Below are positions 19,791 through 29,190 of a stretch of DNA of 61,792 nt, piece after piece. A program made the translations under genes and the position numbers. The notes beneath the pieces were generated by a model. It saw only the letters and a list, made by a program, of their open reading frames with translations, was not told the DNA's origin and did not search any database. Within the stretch, counting starts at the first letter, position 1; every line of letters begins with the position of its first letter. The DNA is from Candidatus Woesearchaeota archaeon (lineage in GTDB: Archaea; Nanobdellota; Nanobdellia; Woesearchaeales; GW2011-AR9): the NCBI GenBank assembly GCA_023265685.1, contig JAHFSP010000005.1, forward strand, positions 1-61,792. Reading direction: 5' to 3'.

Positions 19791-21356
19791 CTACCAAGTT
19801 ATCATTTTATGTGATTTCTTAAAATTATGATACGCCGGCCAACAATTATTTATTGCATATTTCTTCAATTTATCTCTAGCTGAATCTGAAAGTTCTTCTT
19901 CATGATGACCTTCATGACCACCATGTCCCCCCCCACTTCTTTTCACATTATAAAAATCACCAAATAATTTCTGCATCACACTTTTCTTTACTACCTTACC
20001 CACGTGATGTTCATCAGATGAATGTTTTTCATGTTTTTTACGTGCCATATCACGCGCATCACGTGCTTCTTGAAGATAAATTTGGAGATCATCACCTAAT
20101 GCTTGCATTGCTTCTTGAACAGACTTAGAAACATTTCCCATCAACATCATTGCTTCTTCTTCTTTCATTTTCTTATAATTCTCAACTTCTTTATTTGTCC
20201 AAACATACACCCGATAGTTCATCTCGTAACGCCCAATATGAACCGGACCACGTTGATACCCCTCTTGAACAACTTTAAGCTCAGGACGAGTCCGATAATT
20301 AAACGTAGCCAAAACACACGCATTACCTGCCCCCTCATTTTTACGAGCAAGTATCTCAATATCAAGCATACTTCCCTCAAACGAAGAAATAATATCCGGA
20401 GAACGCATGTTCTGATCTTTAAACGAAAGTCTCTCAACATGACGCAAATAAGGCTTTACCCATTCTAGATACATATTAATAATCTGATAATGTTGTTCAA
20501 GATAATTTAACATAAATCGTTTACGATTAGCATGCTCCAAATGAGTGCTCTTTTTCCATTGCATGAATTGCTGTAAATGGCGACCTAAAACACGCAACAC
20601 ATTATTGTTAAAATCTTTTCCCAAAGCCTTAACATGATGCTCCAACTCATCTGTTTCTTTAAATGGAGGAGAATCAAAGAATAAGTCCGGGAGAGTAATA
20701 AATTCTAATTCTCGCGCCATCCCATACACCGACGCCGCGCTCTTACCCCCACCTTGAACTAAGTCTACAAAAATTCCTTTTAGTGTAACCTCAGCACTCT
20801 TTCCACGTGCCGTAATCGGTTTCGCCAGCTCTTTGTCTGCTTCTTTATAATACTCTAAACGTTCATCAATGATCCTCAACTCCCGTACCATCTGAAACAA
20901 CTCTTTAATCATTTTCCCCGTCGTTGCCAAGAATTGGGATACTTTATCCTGCTGTGCCCCTAAACGCTGTTGCGTAACACCAAAAAAAGCTGAATTCTCT
21001 GCTGCAGCAAATGAATCCTCTATCTTTTCCACTATATGAAAATTCTGACGAAGTTCTTCTAAAACCCAGAAATATGGTTCTTCTAAACTAAGATCATAAA
21101 CCTCATATGTTAAACGATACGATTTAATGGGTTTAGGAAACCCAGTCTTAGAAAAATCACTCCCTACATTCTTTGTCGCAAGGACCTCTTTATTTTCCTC
21201 AACAGCAACTTCTTTACCATGATCATCCTTTTTAAAAAAACCATGTTTAACTAAAAGCTCAGCACGCGTCATCGGAACACGCGGGTTAGCCATTTTCTCT
21301 TCCGCCTTGTGTTCTCCCCTCTTCTCATGTCCCAAACCAGAATGAACAGTGCCCAT
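19791..21356 (-). CDS. Conserved-looking hypothetical protein, largely helical
   Basis: Long ORF with motif-like EEPYFW, AAENSAFFG, QQRLGAQQDKVSQFL, VRELRIIDERL.YY. Confidence 0.8.
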   Translation of the reverse strand: MGTVHSGLGHEKRGEHKAEEKMANPRVPMTRAELLVKHGFFKKDDHGKEVAVEENKEVLATKNVGSDFSKTGFPKPIKSYRLTYEVYDLSLEEPYFWVLEELRQNFHIVEKIEDSFAAAENSAFFGVTQQRLGAQQDKVSQFLATTGKMIKELFQMVRELRIIDERLEYYKEADKELAKPITARGKSAEVTLKGIFVDLVQGGGKSAASVYGMARELEFITLPDLFFDSPPFKETDELEHHVKALGKDFNNNVLRVLGRHLQQFMQWKKSTHLEHANRKRFMLNYLEQHYQIINMYLEWVKPYLRHVERLSFKDQNMRSPDIISSFEGSMLDIEILARKNEGAGNACVLATFNYRTRPELKVVQEGYQRGPVHIGRYEMNYRVYVWTNKEVENYKKMKEEEAMMLMGNVSKSVQEAMQALGDDLQIYLQEARDARDMARKKHEKHSSDEHHVGKVVKKSVMQKLFGDFYNVKRSGGGHGGHEGHHEEELSDSARDKLKKYAINNCWPAYHNFKKSHKMITW

Positions 21357-21488
21357 ATCGTACCAATTTCCTCTTTTTAGTAAATACAACATAACGCCGT
21401 TAATAAAATTTTCGTCAGCGAGTATCCTAAGAAACTAAAAAACAAGAATAAAAAACAGTGAAAAGAACAATAAGCAGCAGAAGAAATC

Positions 21489-22391
21489 CTAATTTTGAGG
21501 CATGCATCCCCGCCCATAACTCTCTCGATCCCATTGCGCATTACAAACTTGACCACTCGATGAACAATCAGAAATTACTCTTAGAGGAGTAGAACCACAT
21601 GTAGTGTAAGTATCATTGATAAATGAAGTTCCCTCACAACGAAAATTATCTGCACGAACGACTCTACAACATTGACCAGTTGCAACATCACAGCCCAAAC
21701 GATCTACACACACAAGATCCTGAGCAATGGAAAACTGACCTTCACCACCAGCACGATGTGAATCACGAGATTCAGGTACCTCACTTGAACAAAAATAATT
21801 TTTAACACGAGCAAGATCAATATGGCCAATATCTCTAAAATCAACTGTAGCTGCATGTTGATTTCCAGTATACACACAAGTATTACGATGAACTCCAACG
21901 AGATCAATGGTACCAAACAACAACGAATCATATCGATTTTGAGCAACATCCGGTACTGCGAGATTATGGACATTAATGTAATGGCAAAATTGGGAAGCAG
22001 TAACAGGGGTAGATTCTTCAATAGAGACTAAAGTGGGTGGTGCTTGAATTACAGCAGCAGGAATAACGGCAAAACGCTCTTCGCACGCATCGCCAACGCC
22101 ATCTTGATCCAAATCAAAATTATCATCAGTATTCAACGCAGGACAACGATCACACCCATCACCATACACATCCCCATCTTGATTTAATTGGTCAGCATTG
22201 GAGATATACGCACAATTATCAACATCATCCATGACCTCATCACGATCACGATCAATAGGCCCCCCCGAAAAATGAGCATTCCCTACAACCGTATCGGATG
22301 AATGAGAAGACATCTTGTTAACAACAATACCACCAAGCACCAACAGTACTAAAACTGAAATAAGAATAAAATGAAAACGACGCTGATCCAT
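21489..22391 (-). CDS. Secreted thrombospondin type 3 repeat protein with Cys-rich C-terminal domain
   Basis: N-terminal TM; DRDRDEVMDDVDNCAYISNADQ.NQDGDVYGDGCDRC...DLDQDGVGDACE. Confidence 0.82.
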   Translation of the reverse strand: MDQRRFHFILISVLVLLVLGGIVVNKMSSHSSDTVVGNAHFSGGPIDRDRDEVMDDVDNCAYISNADQLNQDGDVYGDGCDRCPALNTDDNFDLDQDGVGDACEERFAVIPAAVIQAPPTLVSIEESTPVTASQFCHYINVHNLAVPDVAQNRYDSLLFGTIDLVGVHRNTCVYTGNQHAATVDFRDIGHIDLARVKNYFCSSEVPESRDSHRAGGEGQFSIAQDLVCVDRLGCDVATGQCCRVVRADNFRCEGTSFINDTYTTCGSTPLRVISDCSSSGQVCNAQWDRESYGRGCMPQN

Positions 22392-22549
22392 TGTAACACC
22401 CCTAAACAAATGTTAATAAGTTTTCTATAACAGTATAATAGTCCCTCAATTAACAACCCTCTTTTCATTCCTAGAAAGAATCAGAAATTTATATAGTTAT
22501 GGTTTTAGTAAGTTATGGTAAAAATCAGAAAATATCTCCCTACCAATTT

Positions 22550-23242
22550 CTACTCCTCTTTTGCACAAAAAAAGAACCAAAGCCCACCTTTCTCAACGAG
22601 CCGTACTTGATCAAAGTAGGCACCAAATAACCTAACCCATTCACCTTTGGTTTTTGTGGGAACTTCCTTTTGACGTTGCCATTCATCGACCGGCTTTCCA
22701 TTTAACACCGCAACAAACTTTCCTCCCTCCTTCACAACTCTCTTAGCCTCATTCAACAACCCAGTAATATTGTGCACATAATTGAGTAAAAACACTGCTG
22801 TAACACAATCAAATTCACTATCCTTAAACGGCAGCGTCTTTTCAACATCTCCCACAACTTTAACCCGACAATTCTCATTAAAACTAAGCATCTTCGCCGA
22901 AATATCAAAACCAACACCAGAAGTATAACTATACGCCCCACACCCTAAATCTAAAATATTCCCTGAACAAAATGAACCCAAAACAGACGAAATCATTCCT
23001 CGAACATCAGAAGAAATCTTTTGTCCCCATAAAAAAGCCTCTACATTCCAAAAAGCCACAATATTTTCTGGCCAACCTTTTGCCCAAGAAACAGAACCCG
23101 ACAAACGGCGCAGGTCTTCTTTTACATCAACCCCATACTGAAATTCAATTAATGTTTCGAGAAATTGCGCCTCAGCATCAAAACCTTTCTTTTCATACAT
23201 CCCTTTCTTTTCATGGACCCTATCACCCACCCCATCATCCAT
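22550..23242 (-). CDS. Class I SAM-dependent methyltransferase (type 11)
   Basis: ILDLGCGA, GFDIS.KML, LPFKDSEFD, EAKRVVKEGG. Confidence 0.88.
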   Translation of the reverse strand: MDDGVGDRVHEKKGMYEKKGFDAEAQFLETLIEFQYGVDVKEDLRRLSGSVSWAKGWPENIVAFWNVEAFLWGQKISSDVRGMISSVLGSFCSGNILDLGCGAYSYTSGVGFDISAKMLSFNENCRVKVVGDVEKTLPFKDSEFDCVTAVFLLNYVHNITGLLNEAKRVVKEGGKFVAVLNGKPVDEWQRQKEVPTKTKGEWVRLFGAYFDQVRLVEKGGLWFFFCAKEE

Positions 23243-23307
23243 TATAATCACCCTCTATTAACCATAAAAACTACGAAAGCTACATCACCCCACCAACCAT
23301 CAAAAAC

Positions 23308-24432
23308 CTAAAACAAAAATGTGGTTAAACTCATCAACGAATGAAAAAAGATTCCCCCTTGGACATTATTAATCATAAGCACAAAGACCAGAATAAATAT
23401 CCTCCCAAGACAGATAAATATTTCACGACTTACAAAATAGCTTACCGCGTGTCCCCGAGCCTTGTCAAACTCCATGGCTTCCAAAGGCGGTTGACGAACT
23501 CCTGTCACCAGAGCAGCCAGCGCACTCACCGCAAAAACATGAAAAGGTGTTGCAACTAATCCACTCGCAATCCAACTCACACATTCAAAAAGAGTCAAAA
23601 CATGAACTAAATGAGCTTTATCTTTGTGATCACTATACCTTCCAGCCACCCACATGAGTACTGCCGAACCTCCACCCATAACCGCACCTGCAATACCTAA
23701 CGTGAAATAACTCCCCAAAATAGTAAAGATAAACAACGGCCATAATACACCCGTAGCCATTGCTTCCGTCCCTTTTGACGAAAAATAAATTGAATTCTTC
23801 CAATGATCTTTTGACAAAACATCACGAAACGAAAAATGGTATTTGATATGGCTCTCTTTGCTCAAAAAAAGAACAATTGCTGAAGTCATTAAAATCATAC
23901 ATGCTAAGACAAAAACAACTTGGAAGTTAAACCACGTAATCAAAAATCCACCCAGAACAGGAGCAATAACTGTCGCCGTAATTTTATAAAAACTATTTTT
24001 CCCCACTTGTTCTCCTCGATGTGAATGATCACTTGCTTGATAAAACAATAAATTCATCCCCATCCAATAAAACGCCAGTGAGATACCCATTAATGTTGAT
24101 AAGACCACCAGCGGTACAGGCAAAGTTTTGAGAACCGAAAGAAGAATCAAAAAAGCAACATAAAAAGGAAGACTAAACAAAACAGCATGCTTGACGCCAA
24201 ACCGAGCCGCAAACGACGCCGCCAAAGGCGTAAAAATTGCAAAGATAATAGAATAAAAGATGAAAAATAATAATGTTTGAGTAAATGAATACCCCAATTC
24301 TTTATACAAATACAATGGAATAAACACACTAATCAACGAAACCGCAAAGAATCGTAGCATCAAAGAGACAGAAATATGAGACAGTTCACGAGAACCCTGA
24401 ACCCGACACCAAAATTCGTGACGACGCAACAT
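23308..24432 (-). CDS. MFS transporter
   Basis: About 12 TMs; APVLGG and GRYSDH MFS-type loops. Confidence 0.85.
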   Translation of the reverse strand: MLRRHEFWCRVQGSRELSHISVSLMLRFFAVSLISVFIPLYLYKELGYSFTQTLLFFIFYSIIFAIFTPLAASFAARFGVKHAVLFSLPFYVAFLILLSVLKTLPVPLVVLSTLMGISLAFYWMGMNLLFYQASDHSHRGEQVGKNSFYKITATVIAPVLGGFLITWFNFQVVFVLACMILMTSAIVLFLSKESHIKYHFSFRDVLSKDHWKNSIYFSSKGTEAMATGVLWPLFIFTILGSYFTLGIAGAVMGGGSAVLMWVAGRYSDHKDKAHLVHVLTLFECVSWIASGLVATPFHVFAVSALAALVTGVRQPPLEAMEFDKARGHAVSYFVSREIFICLGRIFILVFVLMINNVQGGIFFHSLMSLTTFLF

Positions 24433-24476
24433 ACCACAATAAACTTTATAAAAGAATATAAGTCTTTCCCCTGCGT

Positions 24477-24635
24477 GGACCCGTGGTCTAGTGGCTTACA
24501 TGAATTGATTCTTGAAAAAGAGACAGTTCATCTCCACACATGACGTTCGCCTGACTTGAAAAACTAATTTACCACAAGGAAAACGAGTTTCTCTCAGAGC
24601 GCGGAAGATCCCCGGTTCGAATCCGGGCGGGTCCA
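24477..24635 (+). tRNA. tRNA-Val(GAC) with two BHB introns (24497-24539 in D-loop; 24557-24599 at 37/38)
   Basis: Acceptor GGACCCG/CGGGTCC+A, T arm CCCGG-TTCGAAT-CCGGG, anticodon stem TTCGC/GCGGA. Removing both 43-nt BHB-bounded inserts gives a 73-nt cloverleaf. TATA-like sequence upstream. Confidence 0.88.
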
Positions 24636-24639
24636 CTCT

Positions 24640-24781
24640 TACTTCTTGTATCAAAACCAGGTCCCGGATTTGGAACGGGTCACGAACGCAGCGAAAGCGA
24701 AGTGACTCGACCCGGTTCGAATAGTTTCGCTCACGAAACGAACGAGAGCGAAGCTCGACTGTCCGGGCGGGTCCACTCTTA
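24640..24781 (+). repeat. tRNA-downstream element plus duplicated tRNA 3' end with T-loop insertion (copy 1)
   Basis: 24640-24710 matches 35155-35225 at 67/71 nt; 24711-24781 repeats CCCGGTTCGAA|TCCGGGCGGGTCCACTCTTA with a 40-nt hairpin insert (24722-24761). Confidence 0.9.
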
Positions 24782-24834
24782 TTTTAAAAGAAAGTCATCA
24801 ACATATATCTCTACTTACCATCCTCAACTGGCAT

Positions 24835-24867
24835 TTTCAACTGTACCTAAATTGGGGACAGTTGGAG
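24835..24867. terminator. Hairpin between the tRNA locus and the convergent S-layer gene
   Basis: CAACTGT(A)CC...GG(G)ACAGTTG inverted repeat; function inferred from position only. Confidence 0.3.
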
Positions 24868-25067
24868 CACAATGAATTCTCTCTTTTTGATCTTACCCCG
24901 TATTGTCTTGGAAAAGAGCATCAGTTAATAACCCTACAAACAAAATCCACTTCTTTTCTCAGATTGAATTTAATCTAACAACAATGAGAAAGAGGAGATT
25001 CTACACTACCAAAAAAACCATTCACAAAAAAGAAAGAGAAGAAAAAAAAAGAAAAAAACCGTTAGGT

Positions 25068-27779
25068 TTATTCTTCACCAGCTGCGACTGGAGCTGCTGC
25101 AGGGGCTGCGGCAGGAGCAGGTGCTCCTACACGAGCATCTTGGTAGGTTGTACCTTCAACTTCTACTTCCATACCAGAAAGTTCACCAGCTCTGTGGGCG
25201 ATTACTCGACCAGCAAGGCGGGTGTCAGCACCAGTGTAACCAGCTACTAACATAGCCATGTTACCGTTTGCGTGTTCGAATAATTTAACTCGAGCACGGC
25301 CAGGTGTGAATCCTTCTGTACAGTCAGCAGGGCTTCCTACAAGTTGAGCTGCAACGGTGTTAACACAAGGTCCACCAACAACAATCAAGTTTTGAGCAGC
25401 AACATCAGTTACTTCGCTGTCAAGACGAGTTGCATCAACAACGGTTACGCCTGAAAGTTCACCACGAGCATCGACTCCACCAGATACTGCGCCAGCTTCA
25501 ATAAAGACTTGAGCTTCTGCTTGCTGTTTAGGAACAGTTACAGTAAGTTCGTCAGCATTATTGTTGCTGCTGCCACTATCAGTTGCTTGAACAAGCAAGA
25601 GTCCGTAAGTAGTCATGGTTCGATCTTCATCAATATCCTGAAGACTTTGCATGGAGATGTTAGCGTTTAAGGTACTCTCTTCAGCACCAACATCCAAATC
25701 TACTTCGTTACTTGCAGCTTTCTGGATAAGAACTACAGTTGTCTCAGAGGCAGTTGCTTCATCAAGGTTGTCAGATGGGATACTCATGGTTACGTTGAAC
25801 GTATGTCCGTTACCAGCAGCTGCATTAAGCAAGTTACCAGAAGATACAACAGTCGAACCGGCAACACCAGTATATGACTGAGATTGTACACCAGTACTTG
25901 CGTTACCAGCTAATGGATTAATAACAAGTCCATTCTGCGATACAATCGCTGAACGAGATGTGTTAGTGATGGTTCCACTCTGATCTAAGTCCATAGTCAA
26001 GTTTCCGGTCGTCTCATCAACAACGAATGCATACGATTTACCACCAACAATGACTGCACCAACTCCTAAGCGAGTAATACTGTCTGAACTCATGTTGTTC
26101 CAATCAGCAATAACAGCTGCAACAGTTGCGTTTGTAGCTGCATCGTAGGTATCTTGGTAGGTTTGACCTGATCCAATGTCGCTAAATTGAACTTCGTTGT
26201 TACTTGTGTCTAAGCTATCAAAGCGAAGAACATACGTGTACGTTGTCTCATCAGCGCTTGCCATAGGGTCATCAGATAACACAACATACGCATCTTCGTC
26301 AATGACGAAATAACTTGTGTTATAGGTCTTCTCTATAAGAGAACTACTACTCTTGTTATAGCTCGATGGAAACTCTGTAAACCAAAGTCGGTCGCTGTCG
26401 TCTCCAAAGACAAAGTTGTTTCCGGAGTTGTCAACAAAAGGCACGTTATATTCAGTACCAGCAACGTTAGTGAATCGTAATGTATACGAATCATCGCTAC
26501 CAGCATCGAATTTAACTGTCTCAGAAGAAGCCTCATTAAGACCTTTGTAGGTTACATCCCAACCAGCGTGAAGCATACCTTGAGGTTCGTCAAGAGATTC
26601 ACGTAAGCCGTGTCCAGCAGAAATGAAAGCTTCATCGCCGCCTTTTCCATCAGCTTTAAGTTGGTACTTAATGTCGGTAATTTCAAGGGTTGTACTTGTG
26701 TTTGAACCAGTGATTTTAACCTGAGCATCTTCAATGTTTTCTTCATTGATTTTAACACCAGAGGTATAGAAAGAACTATCACTAATACTAGTATCTTCTA
26801 ACTCAATTTTGTCAGCACCAAGGAAGAATTCACATGATTGAATACCACCAGCAAAATCTTGGTAAAGTACTTCACTTACACCAATTTCAGTTCCGTCACT
26901 AAGACGATCAGTGTCACCATCGGTCAAAAGATCGGTAGTTTCACCGTTCACAACGAACTTACATTTGGTAGTATCAGCGAAGGCAAGTTCAACATTGTAC
27001 GCTTGACCATCAATGGTGTAGGATTTAGGAGTTCCTAAACTTACTACATCACGAACAGCGCCGCCCATCATTTCAAGTTGAACATCAGTAGCGCCGCCAC
27101 TTTCAGCGACTCTATTTGCATCAACAATGGTAAATTGTTTACCCATAATCCATACTGACTCATCTTCAAGATCATCTAAAGAGTTACTCACAAGGTCAGT
27201 TTCTAACCCTTCAGTAAATTCTAACTCGTATTCAAAGACATAGTCTCCATCTCCAAAGTAGAGAAAGTCGCTTGTTACGTCGTTATCATCTTCTGCAAAG
27301 GTAACCCGACCAGAATTTGATTTGGTACGAGTAAACGAACCTGCAGTTGTCTGAGTTTGAAGTCGTAAGAACTGATTTACTGGAGTTGTACCTTTATCAG
27401 TACTCATAGTATAAGACTTGAGTGCTTCAAGGTCAGAACCAGTTAAAGTTTCACGAACTTGACCAATATCTTCGTAGAGTTCAAGAAGATCTCCAGATTT
27501 AGAAACTGGAACTGCGTCTCCTTCAACAGTAACTTTACCAGCGCCTGCAGAAACAGGTTTATGGTACATCATACTTGCAGCGATATCAGTCATTGCAAGA
27601 TTATCAACAGATGCTGCGGCTTCTCCTACAACGAAATAGCCATTGAATACGCCATCCTTAACGAACATATCAGGATAGTTCTTCAAATCTGCAGCCAATG
27701 CGCCCATTGCGGTTGCACCAAGCATACCTACGCCAGCGCCAACAGCGAAAAGGCGTTTAACCACTCTTTTTATTTTCAT
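25068..27779 (-). CDS. S-layer protein
   Basis: Signal peptide ending ATAMGALA; N-terminal L..YP..F...G.FNG.FVVGE.A...D; C-terminal LDSEV....QNLIVVGGPCVN and LVAGY.G.DT; acidic, Ser/Thr-rich; GGAGGTG SD at 27789-27795. Confidence 0.92.
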   Translation of the reverse strand: MKIKRVVKRLFAVGAGVGMLGATAMGALAADLKNYPDMFVKDGVFNGYFVVGEAAASVDNLAMTDIAASMMYHKPVSAGAGKVTVEGDAVPVSKSGDLLELYEDIGQVRETLTGSDLEALKSYTMSTDKGTTPVNQFLRLQTQTTAGSFTRTKSNSGRVTFAEDDNDVTSDFLYFGDGDYVFEYELEFTEGLETDLVSNSLDDLEDESVWIMGKQFTIVDANRVAESGGATDVQLEMMGGAVRDVVSLGTPKSYTIDGQAYNVELAFADTTKCKFVVNGETTDLLTDGDTDRLSDGTEIGVSEVLYQDFAGGIQSCEFFLGADKIELEDTSISDSSFYTSGVKINEENIEDAQVKITGSNTSTTLEITDIKYQLKADGKGGDEAFISAGHGLRESLDEPQGMLHAGWDVTYKGLNEASSETVKFDAGSDDSYTLRFTNVAGTEYNVPFVDNSGNNFVFGDDSDRLWFTEFPSSYNKSSSSLIEKTYNTSYFVIDEDAYVVLSDDPMASADETTYTYVLRFDSLDTSNNEVQFSDIGSGQTYQDTYDAATNATVAAVIADWNNMSSDSITRLGVGAVIVGGKSYAFVVDETTGNLTMDLDQSGTITNTSRSAIVSQNGLVINPLAGNASTGVQSQSYTGVAGSTVVSSGNLLNAAAGNGHTFNVTMSIPSDNLDEATASETTVVLIQKAASNEVDLDVGAEESTLNANISMQSLQDIDEDRTMTTYGLLLVQATDSGSSNNNADELTVTVPKQQAEAQVFIEAGAVSGGVDARGELSGVTVVDATRLDSEVTDVAAQNLIVVGGPCVNTVAAQLVGSPADCTEGFTPGRARVKLFEHANGNMAMLVAGYTGADTRLAGRVIAHRAGELSGMEVEVEGTTYQDARVGAPAPAAAPAAAPVAAGEE

Positions 27780-27980
27780 TTCAAAACACACCTCCGTGTT
27801 TGAATATTCTAGTTGTTACCCAAGTCAACCTCTAAAAATTACGAACAACGCATCACGACGATACGCCTCTTTTCGAATTTAGAGGTCAGACTTGATGTAA
27901 AGCCAAAGAATGACCCGATAAGGATTAATCTAAGACTTTACTGTGTGTACCTCTCCAGACAGAAAAACGTTTTATAAGCC
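27780..27980 (-). promoter_or_regulatory. S-layer promoter and long structured 5' leader
   Basis: CTTATAAAA TATA box at about 27970-27978; long inverted repeat CAAGTC-ACCTCTAAA..CGAA / TTCG..TTTAGAGGT-GACTTG at about 27821-27895; SD next to the start. Confidence 0.6.
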
Positions 27981-28204
27981 TTTCGCAAAATCGAGGGTTA
28001 AAAAAACAAACTGTTTAGTTTTATGACTTATTTGTCGAAAATTTTTGAATATTATCAGTTCATCATCCGAAAATGACGAATTGCCAGATATAGAACAAAG
28101 TTCTATTTTTTTGAAGATTTGGAGTTCTTCAAAAGCCCACAATATCCTCAATCCCTCACAAACCAACATCACCTATATATAAGTACAGTTTTCTCAACAC
28201 GCAC

Positions 28205-28915
28205 ATGAACCCACACCTAAACCCTACTCCCAACGAAACAACACTCCCCTCAACTCTCCCCCTTCCCCATTTTTTCACCCAATATTATAGATCATTTGCC
28301 TCCCTTACCCCCATCCAAAGCAAGGCAATCGCCGCAGGTCTCTTAGAATCTCAATCACTTCTCATCTGCGCCCCCACCGCATCAGGCAAAACTCTTATTG
28401 CCACCATGGCCCTAAGCAGAATTCTTGGTCAAGGCAAAGGCATCTACCTTGTCCCCCTCAAAGCACTTGCCAATGAAAAATATAAAGAATACAAGAAACT
28501 TCTTGAAAACACACCCTACAAAGTAACTATTGCGACCGGTGATATGGACGAAATTGATGCACGACTTGAAAAATATGATCTTCTCATCCTTACAACAGAA
28601 AAATTCGATGCTCTCATCCGCCACCGAATTCCCTGGCTCAACCAAGTCAAAGTCGTAGTCATAGACGAAATTCATCTTCTCCAAGACACCAGCCGAGGTC
28701 CAACCCTCGAAATCATCCTAACCCTTCTCAAAACCAGAATCAAACCCCAACTCATCGGACTCTCAGCAACTATTGGCAACCCCGCACAACTCGCCGACTG
28801 GTTAAGCACAACTCTCGTTCAAGACACCTGGCGACCTGTTGAGTTACATCAAGGAATAGACACCCCGCAAGGCAAGACTCAATTCTACAATAAAGACAAA
28901 TCAAAACGAAACTGA
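28205..28915 (+). CDS. Ski2/Hel308-like helicase, N-terminal RecA domain only
   Basis: LTPIQ Q-motif, APTASGKT, VPLKALANEK, TTEKFD, IDEIH, GLSAT, WRPVEL; the ORF stops before the second RecA domain. Confidence 0.88.
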   Translation: MNPHLNPTPNETTLPSTLPLPHFFTQYYRSFASLTPIQSKAIAAGLLESQSLLICAPTASGKTLIATMALSRILGQGKGIYLVPLKALANEKYKEYKKLLENTPYKVTIATGDMDEIDARLEKYDLLILTTEKFDALIRHRIPWLNQVKVVVIDEIHLLQDTSRGPTLEIILTLLKTRIKPQLIGLSATIGNPAQLADWLSTTLVQDTWRPVELHQGIDTPQGKTQFYNKDKSKRN

Positions 28916-29190
28916 CAACGAACCGATTATACCCTCTAACAAGTCAACCCCCATATACTTACTAACTAAACACTTAGAGCACATACATTGTAAAAACTTA
29001 GATTGCTCACATAACCTTCCGAAATTAATCACTATGCCTGAATACCCCCGTAAGAATACCATTGTAAAATAAGATTATCAACGTTTTACCCATCAACACT
29101 AATCCCCGAAAAATTATAGAAAATAGCACGAAAAGATAAGAAAAATAAAATAGAAAAATAACACAAAAAATTAAACCAAACCGCTCAACA

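Noticed and set aside
24711-24775. A second complete tRNA gene
   Set aside because: No 5' acceptor strand, D arm or anticodon arm precedes the duplicated T arm.
24903-25250. Short antisense or overlapping ORFs in the track (this one, 30466-30897, 37356-37754, 54252-54683 and others)
   Set aside because: They shadow well-supported genes or low-complexity spacers and have no motifs or start signals.
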